Positions 30,666 to 39,984 of a stretch of DNA of 64,000 bases are shown one piece after another; position 1 is the first letter of the stretch; each line of letters starts with the position of its first letter. Source of the DNA: Pirellulales bacterium (GTDB lineage Bacteria > Planctomycetota > Planctomycetia > Pirellulales > PALSA-1355); assembly GCA_963733035.1 (NCBI GenBank), contig CAVTBU010000009.1, positions 160,001-224,000 of the forward strand, written 5' to 3'. The notes under the pieces were generated by a model. It did not search any database, was not told the origin of the DNA, and was given only the letters and a program-made list of their open reading frames with translations. The position numbers were made by a program, and so were the translations under genes.

Positions 30666-33341
30666 TCAATCTCCGCGCTGACTCAGCAAGTACGCGAGCA
30701 GATCGAGGATCTCGTGCTCGTGGAGGACGTTGACGATGCCGGCGGGCATGTTGGAAATGTCGCTCTTGCGGCGGGCTTCGATTTCGCCCACCGGAATCTC
30801 GACGAAGGCGTCGAGGGCCGAACCGCCGCGGAGGACGACAAACCGCTCATCCTCGCGATCGATGCGGCCGGAATGAACCTGGCCGTCGGCGGTCTGCAGG
30901 TGCCAGGTAGCGTAGGCATCGGCGATCTTGGCCGAAGGCTCGACAAGCGATTCGAGCAACTCGGCCGAGGTGAGCCGCTTGCCAACGTCCGAGAGGTCGG
31001 GACCGACGCTGCCACCATCGGTGCCCACTTTGTGGCACTGCGCACAGCCAATTTCGCGAAAGGCCTTTTCACCCGTGGCTGGAGAACGGTTTGTCGTAAG
31101 CCCTTCGAGCCGCGGCCGCAGCTCGGCCAGCGACCACTCCCGTACAATCGGGCGTGACGGCTTGAGGCTGGCGATCCATTCTCGCATCAGCGAGACGGCG
31201 TTCTCATCGACTTGTTGGCTCCACAAAGGCGGCATCTGCCCGCGGCCGCGATGCGATAGCCGGCGAATAAGCACCGAACGGTCTGGATCGCCAGGGGCCA
31301 CCAGCATCGCATTGAAAATGCCGAACGAATCGTGCTGCGGGCGCGCTTCGATGAGTTCCATCTTTTCGCGGGGCGTGCCGAAGCCAAGCTCCATGCGGGA
31401 ATTGCCGCCGCCGGCGGCAACGTGACAGGCAGCGCAATTGACATGCAGGTAGCTGCGAGCCCGAGCTTCGAGGTCTTGGCGGGCGTCGTAGGGATTGGCG
31501 AGCGCCGCTCGTGGGGTTTCTGTCTTGGGGAGTTCGGCGGCGAAGAGACCGATGTGGTCGAGCGTTGGCAGTTGGTCGAACGTTTCGCCGGCGAAGTCGT
31601 GAGTGCGGTTTAGCTGAGCCTCAGTGATGCCGAGTACGAAGTTGGCGGCCCGGCTGTGGCAGGTGAGACAGTCGGCGCGGCTGGGGAATCGCCACGTTTG
31701 CGGTTCGCGATGTCCATCTACACGGGTGATCTGAAATTCCGTTTCGGCGCCGTCACGCGAGACGAGTTCGGCGTCGGTTTGCTCGGCGTTCCAACGATAT
31801 GTGTAGCCGGCCCATTCGTTCTGCTGGCGGAGTAAAACGCGTGTTTCGACGCGGAACGCTGTCGCGGGATTACCGACTTCCTTGTCCAGCGAAAGGGTTT
31901 GCACAAGCGCCGTGCCGTCGGGAAAGCCCCAGCTTTGGCCCGCGCTGTAGGTGACTTTCGCATCGCCGGGCACGGCCATGAAGCGCTGAGCAGCGGCACT
32001 ATCCATCCAGGCGGGTGCATTGACCGAGTAGGGGATCAGGCCCGGATCGATTTCATGCCGGGAGGTGTTGAGGAACAGGCCGGTTTCGCTGAGCCGGATG
32101 GGAAACGGTGGCCGATTCTCGCCTTGGGGAGAAGGGATCAGGCGATAGATGCCACTGCCGTGGTCGGCGATGAGCAGCCTGCCGTGCTGGTCGACGCAGA
32201 AGCCGGAGAGCATGAGGCTCGTGTCGGCCAGCTCGCGATGCCAGAGCGGACGTTCGCCGTCGTGCTTCATCCCCCAGATGCGGCCGCTGGAGTAGTCGCC
32301 GTAAATATAAACGCCCGCGAGGTCCGGCAAGACGTCGCCGTGATAGACGACGCCGCCGGTGAGCGAGCGGAATTCGGCATGGGAGTGTTCGATGGTCGGC
32401 GGCACAATGGGCGTCGGGCCGCGCTGGCGTTCGAGATAGAACGGATGGCTCCCTTCGTAAACGCTCCAGCCATAGTTTTCGCCGGGACGGACGAGGTGGG
32501 CCGTTTCCCACAGGTCCTGCCCGTTGTTCCCGACCCACAGTTGATCGGTGGCGCGGTCGTAGCTCATCCGCCAAGGATTGCGGAGGCCGTAAGCGAAAAT
32601 CTCCGGCTTGGCGTCGGCCAACTTGACGAACGGATTGTCCGCCGGCACGCGATACGGCTGCGCGGCTGTTGCGTCGGCGACGTCAATGCGGAGGACGGAA
32701 CCGAGCAGATCGTCGAGCGTTTGACCACTGTTCCAGCCGTCGGAGTCGCCAGTGCCATCGCCGGTGGTGAGATACAGAAAGCTATCGCCACCGAACGCCA
32801 TGTCGCCGCCGTCGTGCCCGGCGGAGCGCCACGCGATGATGGCAAGCTCGGACTCCGGCACCAACCGCGCCGGCGGACCGGCATCGAACTCGTATCGCGC
32901 CACGCGGTCTTGCCGTTCACTCTCCTTCGTCGGACCGTTGGTGAAGACGTATATCAGTCGGTTGATCGCGAAGTTTGGATCGAAGGCGACGGAATAGATG
33001 ATGCGATCGGGCGCCTCGTGGATTGTTTCGAAGCTGGATACGTCGGACTTATTTTCAAACCTTACGATCCGCGACGGCGTGTCGCCGGCCGCGTTCAGGA
33101 CAACCCACAGGTATTCGCTGCCGGGCTCGACGGCAATGTAGATTGGCGTCGGCAGGTCGAGTTGCGTAAAGACCTTCTCAACCGTGTAGGGCAGGGGAGG
33201 CTCGGGTGAACCGACAAGGCGAGTGTTGGCCCAAGGCGTGCGGTGTTCGATACCAAACGGCAGTGTCGTTGCGTTTTCCGCGGCAAGGCGTTGAGCAGAC
33301 GCAAATACCGCCACCAGGGAAATGAGAACTGACAACCGCAT
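30666..33341 (-). CDS. PQQ-dependent sugar dehydrogenase-type propeller with c-type hemes
   Basis: GHDGG, AYGLRNPWR, NYGW, SLTGG; CLTCH, CAACH, CAQCH. Confidence 0.88.
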   Translation of the reverse strand: MRLSVLISLVAVFASAQRLAAENATTLPFGIEHRTPWANTRLVGSPEPPLPYTVEKVFTQLDLPTPIYIAVEPGSEYLWVVLNAAGDTPSRIVRFENKSDVSSFETIHEAPDRIIYSVAFDPNFAINRLIYVFTNGPTKESERQDRVARYEFDAGPPARLVPESELAIIAWRSAGHDGGDMAFGGDSFLYLTTGDGTGDSDGWNSGQTLDDLLGSVLRIDVADATAAQPYRVPADNPFVKLADAKPEIFAYGLRNPWRMSYDRATDQLWVGNNGQDLWETAHLVRPGENYGWSVYEGSHPFYLERQRGPTPIVPPTIEHSHAEFRSLTGGVVYHGDVLPDLAGVYIYGDYSSGRIWGMKHDGERPLWHRELADTSLMLSGFCVDQHGRLLIADHGSGIYRLIPSPQGENRPPFPIRLSETGLFLNTSRHEIDPGLIPYSVNAPAWMDSAAAQRFMAVPGDAKVTYSAGQSWGFPDGTALVQTLSLDKEVGNPATAFRVETRVLLRQQNEWAGYTYRWNAEQTDAELVSRDGAETEFQITRVDGHREPQTWRFPSRADCLTCHSRAANFVLGITEAQLNRTHDFAGETFDQLPTLDHIGLFAAELPKTETPRAALANPYDARQDLEARARSYLHVNCAACHVAAGGGNSRMELGFGTPREKMELIEARPQHDSFGIFNAMLVAPGDPDRSVLIRRLSHRGRGQMPPLWSQQVDENAVSLMREWIASLKPSRPIVREWSLAELRPRLEGLTTNRSPATGEKAFREIGCAQCHKVGTDGGSVGPDLSDVGKRLTSAELLESLVEPSAKIADAYATWHLQTADGQVHSGRIDREDERFVVLRGGSALDAFVEIPVGEIEARRKSDISNMPAGIVNVLHEHEILDLLAYLLSQRGD

Positions 33342-33556
33342 GAGAATGTTTCAGGCACGCGCCAGGCAAGGAGTGACGGAAGCGGGAGGGCGACTGCTAT
33401 TCTGGCAAACAGAACTTGCATACGCAAGAAAACCGGGTCCGATGGGCACCCTTGTGTTTGGCAAGCCGGCAGCGACACCCGGGGAACGAAGAATCGGCCG
33501 CGCCCCCTCAACTCAGCCGAGCTTGGCAATCGCAATTCAAACCCGACAGCTAGCGG

Positions 33557-35257
33557 TTATTTCGCGCTAAACTCCGCCGCGAAAGCCTTCGCGTTCAAGT
33601 CCTCGCCGGTGGCGTGCTTCGTCAGCTCGTTCCAGCTGAGCGTGGCGCCAGGCCCAAACACGCGGCTCTTCATGTATTCGCCGACGTTTTTGTTGTCGGT
33701 GTAAATCGCACCTGGAATGTCCTTGGCGTGCAGAACTTCTTTGGCGATCGTGGCGTGAACCTGGCAGGCGAAAAGCTGCCCCATCATGTAGTTGTGATAG
33801 TAGGCCGGCGCCGAGACGACGTGGATCTTGGCGGCGAAGTCGGGGGCGTTGCGTCCCTTGGGCCGCTTAATAAGCTGGTACTTCTCGACCAGGTCCCACC
33901 ACAACTTGTTGAGGTCTTGATTTGGATTGGCGTACATCTGCTGCTCGAAGCGAAGCATCACCTGGCACCAGCGCGAGAAGATCAACAATTGGTTGCGGCG
34001 CATCGTGGCGCCGGCCTTGCTGTAGGCCGCCGGGTCGGCAACCGAGACGCCCATCTCCTCGAGCCACTCACCGCTCTTGCTGAACCGCTCGAACATCATC
34101 GCCACCCCTTCGGTGCATAGAATGTGCGCGTCGGTCCGGAGCGTATAGGGGAGACTGCGCGGAATGTTCTTACTGCTGTAAACCGAATGGCCCAATTCGT
34201 GCAGCATCGTGCCCATCCAATATTCGTTGGGAACGATGTTGGCCAGCACGCGAACGTCTCCCTCGCGGTTGATATCCGTGCAGAAGGCGTGTGGGCTCTT
34301 GCCGGGTTTTTCGTACAGGTCGCTGCGGGCGATCACGTCGTCGATCGGCAGGCCGATGCCATCGTAGAACTTTCGGCAGATGGCCAAAATGTCAGCATTG
34401 GCGAACGCCTTGTCGAGGCTCACGTCGCTGATGGCCGGCGCTTCCTGAAAGAACGGGTCCTGGTAGTGCCAGGGATGCAATTCGTCGACCGAAATGCCGA
34501 AGTAATCGGCCAGCGCAACGTCGATTTCGGCCTTCGCCCGGGCGAACGGCTCGCGGGTTAATTCGTCGAGTTGGTCGAACAGCGCCAGGACCTGCTGCTG
34601 GTCTTGCTCGGCCAGGTAGAGCCGCATGGCGTGGAAGTCCTTGAAGCCCAGCTGCTTCGCGGCCTCGTTGCGATAAGCGACGAGTTGCCGCAGGTCGTCG
34701 TTGACAGCGGCGCCGACACCCTTGCTCGATTCCCATACGGCCTGCCGCTCGGCGGAGTTTTTCGATTCCTTGAGGATGCGGCGCACTTCGCTATCGGTGA
34801 TCTCCTTGCCGTTCAGCTTGGCCCGATAAACGTTGAACACCTGCTCGATCTCATTGGCCTTCGAGTTGATTCGCTGCAGCAATTCCGCCGGCACCTGCTT
34901 TTCGAGGTAAATGCGGTAGAGCACGTCAACTTGACGGGCCAGAATCGGATCGTCGAGCTTGGCTCCCTTGAGTTCTTTGAGTTCGGCAAACTGCTCGCGG
35001 TTGGTCAGGGCCGCGTCGTATTTGTTTTGGGCTTCGACCTTGGCGGCAAAGTCCTCATCCTTGCCCGTGGTGTTGGCTTTCCACCAGGCGAGATTGAGCG
35101 CGATTTCCAGCGGACGAACTTGTTTCTCGTAGCGGTCGACGAAGGCCTGTGCCGCCTTGTTTGGATCGGCCGCCTGGTCGGCCCCCCAGGTCTGAGCCGA
35201 ATGGCTCATGACACCCAAGACGATTCCACCGGCAACAAGTCGCAAGAGACCATTCAT
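33557..35257 (-). CDS. M2/M3 family zinc metallopeptidase
   Basis: LHELGH, TEGVA, HAFC, YYHNY; signal peptide. Confidence 0.88.
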   Translation of the reverse strand: MNGLLRLVAGGIVLGVMSHSAQTWGADQAADPNKAAQAFVDRYEKQVRPLEIALNLAWWKANTTGKDEDFAAKVEAQNKYDAALTNREQFAELKELKGAKLDDPILARQVDVLYRIYLEKQVPAELLQRINSKANEIEQVFNVYRAKLNGKEITDSEVRRILKESKNSAERQAVWESSKGVGAAVNDDLRQLVAYRNEAAKQLGFKDFHAMRLYLAEQDQQQVLALFDQLDELTREPFARAKAEIDVALADYFGISVDELHPWHYQDPFFQEAPAISDVSLDKAFANADILAICRKFYDGIGLPIDDVIARSDLYEKPGKSPHAFCTDINREGDVRVLANIVPNEYWMGTMLHELGHSVYSSKNIPRSLPYTLRTDAHILCTEGVAMMFERFSKSGEWLEEMGVSVADPAAYSKAGATMRRNQLLIFSRWCQVMLRFEQQMYANPNQDLNKLWWDLVEKYQLIKRPKGRNAPDFAAKIHVVSAPAYYHNYMMGQLFACQVHATIAKEVLHAKDIPGAIYTDNKNVGEYMKSRVFGPGATLSWNELTKHATGEDLNAKAFAAEFSAK

Positions 35258-35452
35258 GTTCGCTAGTCCGCACGGGGTTTGAGGGAATTGCCAGTTTCGA
35301 GCACTCATAACCTTACCTTACGGGGCAGGGGGCTCAAGGCCCGTGACCGTGCGGTTGTCGTCAAAGCACAACAGAAACCACTGCCCAAACGCATCGGCGT
35401 TCGGTTATACTAGGGCCTGGCCTTCCCGCCTAAAGAAATATCAGAGGCCACG

Positions 35453-38400
35453 ATGCGGAAACTTTGCTTCGCGCTGTTTATATCCTTGGCGAGCACGCAG
35501 GCTTTGCTGGCTGCCGAGGACGCCCCGCCGCGGCTGTTGCACGACGTCGTGCCGCTGCTCAAAACACGGTGCGTCAAATGCCACGGCCCGGCCAAGACCG
35601 AGGGAACGCTGAACCTCAGCACGCCGGGTCTGCTCGCGCGTGGGGGAGAAAGCGGACCGGCCGTCGCGGCGGGTAATCTCGACCAGAGCTTGCTCTGGCA
35701 ACGCGTTGTGGCGGACGAAATGCCGCCCGAGGAACCGCTGGGGGACGACGAAAAGGAGGTCCTGCGCCACTGGATTGCCGCGGGAGCAACCGGCCTGCCA
35801 CCACAGGGAAGCGACCATCCGTCAGGCGATCACTGGGCGTTCGTACCGCTAGCAAAAGTCGCGCCGCCCAAGGTAGCGGATGCTTCGCGAGTAGCCGGTG
35901 ACGTCGACCGGTTTCTGCTCGCGGAGTTGGAGCGCGACGGACTTTCGTTCAATCCCGAGGCGGATCGGGCGACGCTGATTCGCCGGGTGGCGCTGGATTT
36001 GATTGGTTTGCCCCCCACGCCGCAGGAGGTCGCGCAGTTTCAAAACGACGCCACGCCGGACGCCTACGCGCAAATGGTCGATCGCTATTTGGCCTCACCA
36101 CACTACGGCGAGCGATGGGGCAAATTCTGGCTCGATGCGGCCGGCTACGCCGACAGCAATGGCTACTTCAACGCCGACACCGACCGGCCACTGGCCTATC
36201 GCTATCGCGACTACGTTATCCGCTCGTTCAACGAAGACAAGCCCTGGGACCAGTTCGTCCGCGAACAAATCGCCGGCGATGAGCTGTCGGGCTTCATTCC
36301 TGGTGGCGACGCGACGCCCGCGATCATTTCGCTACTGGAGGCGACGCATTATCTGCGCAACGGGCAGGACGGTACGGGCGAAAGCGACGGCAATCCGGAT
36401 GAACTCAAGAACGATCGCTACACGGCGCTGGAAACGTGCATGCAGATCGTGGCCTCGTCACTGTTAGGGCTGACCGTGCAATGCGCGAAGTGCCACGACC
36501 ACAAATTCGAGCCCTTTTCGCAGCGCGACTACTATCAATTGCAGTCGGTATTCTATCCGGCGTTCGACATCAAAAATTGGATCAAGCCCAACGATCGCTT
36601 CGTGCGGGCCAATCTGCCGGGCGAACTGGAAGAGTGGCAAGAAAAAGGACGTCGGATCGACGCTGAGATCGCCGCGCTGCGAAGCGATTTTCGCCAGTGG
36701 GTCGAGCAGCACCGCCTGACCGGCCAGGTCCTGTTTCGTGACGAGTTTGTTGAAGGCGGCGCACCCCTGGCCGACGCCTGGAGCGCCACCGCGCCGGGCG
36801 ACGATACGGCAGGCGGCATACCGGTGGTCAACCTCGACGCCGCCACGACACCGGGAGCGCAAATCAGAAACGGCGCACTGTGTGTGTTGGAAAGTGGCTC
36901 CAGCGGAGATCGGTGGCTATCGACACGTCAATCGTTCGACTGGTCGCCCGAGCCGGAAGGTGCCTGGATTCAAGTGACCTTCGATCTGATCGACGACAAG
37001 GCGGAAGAAGGGGGCATGCCGGCGGCGCGCGTTGGATACTTTGTGGCCCTGCATGACTTTGACGACAGCGGCCCAGTCTCCGGGGGCAACGTGCTCATCG
37101 ACGGCAATCCGGCCGGGGGCGCGGGCGTGCACGTCGATTACCCGGGCGCCGACGCGGACACGGCCGGCACGCTTGGCGCGGCGAAGTATCAGCCGGGTCA
37201 CAGCTACGGCCTGCGGATCACGCGTCTGGCCGACGGCAAGTGCCTGGTGGAACATCTCTACGACGGGATTCCCGAACCTCGAACGCTCACTCTTTCGGCC
37301 GAGCAATTGCCGGCCGGCGGCTTCGGCTTCGAGTATTGCTGCGGTCGTAGCTTCGTGGTCGACAATGTAATCATCGAGCAGGGAGACGCGGCCCGGGTCG
37401 AAGAGGACAAGCAGCTCCGCGTAGTGCTTACGGAGCGGCAGGAAAAGTTGACCACGGCGATTGCGGAGAAAGAGAAATCTCGCGGCATCGAGCCGGGAAA
37501 AATCTCCTGGCTGACGGACGGTTCGGCGTCACCGCCCGACGTATTTTTGCTGGAACGCGGCAGCCACGCCACGCCGGGCGAAAAGGTATTTCCGGCACCG
37601 ATCACCGCGTTGGCCGAAACGGACGAATCGCTTGACGTTGACGTGCCATTCAAAGGCGCCGGGTCGACAGGACGCCGGCTGGCCTGGGCCCGCTGGGTCA
37701 CGGCGCCCGGTTCGCGCCCAGCTTCACTCATGGCCCGCGTGCAGGCGAATCGAATTTGGCATCATCATTTTGGCACCGGCATCGTGGCGACGACGGAAAA
37801 CCTGGGCGTGAGCGGTTCGCCACCGTCGCATCCAGGGCTGCTTGAGTACCTGGCTGGCCGGCTGGTGGAAAGCGGCTGGAGCGTGAAAGCGCTGCACCGG
37901 GCGATTTTGAACTCGGCCGCATACCGGCAGTCGAGCGCGCTCAATTCCAAAGCATTCGACGTCGATCCGGAGAATCGCCTGGTGTGGCGGATGCCGGCGC
38001 GGCGGCTCGATGCCGAAGCGCTTCGCGACACGATTCTGGCCACCAGCGGCGCACTCGATTCGGGAATGACCGGGCACTATATTCCCACGACGCGCGACGC
38101 CGCGGGGGAAGTTGTTGTGAAGCACGACACACCAGGTGCCAGCCGCCGCTCGATCTATTTGCAACAGCGCCGTACACAGACGTTGAGTCTATTGGGCGTG
38201 TTCGATTCGCCGAGCATCGTGTTCAATTGCATCCAGCGGCCAGTGTCGACCATGCCTTTGCAATCGTTGAGCCTGTTGAATTCGCCGTTCATGCTGCGCC
38301 AGTCGAGGCAGTTTGCCGAGCGGCTGGCATCCGAGGCGGGGCAGGACGCAAGCGCGCGAATCGAGCGGGCGTTTCTGCTGGCCGTGTCGCGGCCGCCAAC

Positions 38401-38539
38401 GGACGCCGAGCGCCAAGCCGCATTGGAATTCGTCGCATCGCAGCAGGAACTGTACGGCGGTAATGGCGACGACTTGCGACCCTGGAACGACTTTTGCCAG
38501 ATGCTGCTGGCCAGCAACGCGTTTCTCTATGTGGAGTAA
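35453..38539 (+). CDS. Planctomycete cytochrome c / DUF1549 / DUF1553 protein
   Basis: CVKCH, HWAF, YGERWG, CAKCHDHK, PSHPGLL, RRLDAE, RRSIY. Confidence 0.93.
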   Translation: MRKLCFALFISLASTQALLAAEDAPPRLLHDVVPLLKTRCVKCHGPAKTEGTLNLSTPGLLARGGESGPAVAAGNLDQSLLWQRVVADEMPPEEPLGDDEKEVLRHWIAAGATGLPPQGSDHPSGDHWAFVPLAKVAPPKVADASRVAGDVDRFLLAELERDGLSFNPEADRATLIRRVALDLIGLPPTPQEVAQFQNDATPDAYAQMVDRYLASPHYGERWGKFWLDAAGYADSNGYFNADTDRPLAYRYRDYVIRSFNEDKPWDQFVREQIAGDELSGFIPGGDATPAIISLLEATHYLRNGQDGTGESDGNPDELKNDRYTALETCMQIVASSLLGLTVQCAKCHDHKFEPFSQRDYYQLQSVFYPAFDIKNWIKPNDRFVRANLPGELEEWQEKGRRIDAEIAALRSDFRQWVEQHRLTGQVLFRDEFVEGGAPLADAWSATAPGDDTAGGIPVVNLDAATTPGAQIRNGALCVLESGSSGDRWLSTRQSFDWSPEPEGAWIQVTFDLIDDKAEEGGMPAARVGYFVALHDFDDSGPVSGGNVLIDGNPAGGAGVHVDYPGADADTAGTLGAAKYQPGHSYGLRITRLADGKCLVEHLYDGIPEPRTLTLSAEQLPAGGFGFEYCCGRSFVVDNVIIEQGDAARVEEDKQLRVVLTERQEKLTTAIAEKEKSRGIEPGKISWLTDGSASPPDVFLLERGSHATPGEKVFPAPITALAETDESLDVDVPFKGAGSTGRRLAWARWVTAPGSRPASLMARVQANRIWHHHFGTGIVATTENLGVSGSPPSHPGLLEYLAGRLVESGWSVKALHRAILNSAAYRQSSALNSKAFDVDPENRLVWRMPARRLDAEALRDTILATSGALDSGMTGHYIPTTRDAAGEVVVKHDTPGASRRSIYLQQRRTQTLSLLGVFDSPSIVFNCIQRPVSTMPLQSLSLLNSPFMLRQSRQFAERLASEAGQDASARIERAFLLAVSRPPTDAERQAALEFVASQQELYGGNGDDLRPWNDFCQMLLASNAFLYVE

Positions 38540-38548
38540 GACGTGACC

Positions 38549-39976
38549 ATGAAGCTTGAAAGTCGTCCGTCGGCAATCGACATCTCGCGTCGGATGTTTC
38601 TGGGGGGATATGCCGGGTCGCTGGGCGGTCTGGCATTGGCGCATCTACTGGCAGGCGGAAAGCCCGCGGCGGGTGCCACGTCGGACCTCAAACCGGCGGC
38701 GGCGCACCTGCCAGCGAAGGCCAAGAGCGTGATCTGCCTGTTCCAGCATGGCGGTCCGAGCCAGATGGATTTGTTCGACCCCAAGCCAGCCCTGACGAAG
38801 TACCACGGCAAACCGTATCCCGGCGGCGACCTGGAGGTGCACTTCACCAATCAGGCGGGCAATGTGCTGGGATCGCCGTTCAAGTTTGCCCCGGCCGGGC
38901 AGTGCGGCATGGAGTTGTGCGAACTGTTGCCGCACACAGCCGGCATCGCCGATGAACTGACACTCGTGCGTTCGATGAACACCGAGAGCGTCGACCACGA
39001 GTCGGCGCTGCGATTGATTCATAGCGGCAAGTTCCTGGCTGGCATGCCGACTTGGGGTTCGTGGGTAACCTATGCCCTGGGAACGGAAAATCAGAACCTG
39101 CCGGCGTACGTGGTGCTGTCCGATCCGGGTGGATTGCCCGTCGATGGCACGCGGAATTGGACGGCCGGATGGTTGCCCGCGCTTTACCAGGGGACACCGT
39201 TCGGCGCTGGCAAGTCGCCCGTGCTCAATTTGCAAACCCCTGAAGGAATGTCGCACGAAGCGCGCCGTAATCAACTCGGCTTTCTGGAGCGCCTGAATCG
39301 GGCGCACTTGGAGCGGCATCCAGAGAACACCGAATTGGCCGCGCGGTTGGCGAACTTCGAAACGGCCGCCCGCATGCAAACGGCGGTGCCCGACGTTCTC
39401 GACATTTCTGACGAAACGGCCGAGACTCGGGCGCTGTACGGTCTCGACGATCCGGCCACGCGCGAATACGGCACGCGCTGCCTGGTTGCCCGGCGATTGG
39501 TGGAGCAGGGCGTCCGCTTCGTGCAAATCTTTTTGAGCTCGCAGCCTTGGGACACGCACAGCAAAAACGCCGAGAGCCTCAAGGGGCTGTGTGCCAAGAC
39601 TGATCGGCCTAGCGCGGCACTGGTGCAGGACCTCAAAAGACGCGGGCTGCTCGATTCGACGATCGTATTGTGGACGGGCGAATTCGGCCGTCTGCCTATT
39701 TCGCAAGGGTCTGACGGGCGCGATCACAACCGCCGTGGTTTCTCGCTGTGGCTGGCCGGCGGCGGGTTCAAACGCGGCTATGTGCACGGTGCCACCGATG
39801 ATTTTGGCTACGAGGCCGTCGACAAGGTCGTCACGGTGCACGACTTTCATGCCACGCTGCTGACGGCGCTCGGTCTCGACCATCGTCGCTTAACTTTTCC
39901 GCACGACGGTCGCTTGGCAAGCCTGACGGACGCCGACGTCACGCAAGCCAAGCTGGTGAGCGACCTGCTGGCGTAA
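38549..39976 (+). CDS. DUF1501 family protein (partner of the DUF1549/1553 gene)
   Basis: GGPSQMDLFDPKP, WDTH, GEFGR, GRDH. Confidence 0.93.
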   Translation: MKLESRPSAIDISRRMFLGGYAGSLGGLALAHLLAGGKPAAGATSDLKPAAAHLPAKAKSVICLFQHGGPSQMDLFDPKPALTKYHGKPYPGGDLEVHFTNQAGNVLGSPFKFAPAGQCGMELCELLPHTAGIADELTLVRSMNTESVDHESALRLIHSGKFLAGMPTWGSWVTYALGTENQNLPAYVVLSDPGGLPVDGTRNWTAGWLPALYQGTPFGAGKSPVLNLQTPEGMSHEARRNQLGFLERLNRAHLERHPENTELAARLANFETAARMQTAVPDVLDISDETAETRALYGLDDPATREYGTRCLVARRLVEQGVRFVQIFLSSQPWDTHSKNAESLKGLCAKTDRPSAALVQDLKRRGLLDSTIVLWTGEFGRLPISQGSDGRDHNRRGFSLWLAGGGFKRGYVHGATDDFGYEAVDKVVTVHDFHATLLTALGLDHRRLTFPHDGRLASLTDADVTQAKLVSDLLA

Positions 39977-39984
39977 ACGGCACG

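Noticed and set aside
15800..39976. Four DUF1501 paralogues as a novel system
   Set aside because: DUF1501 expansion and pairing with DUF1549/1553 is routine in planctomycetes.
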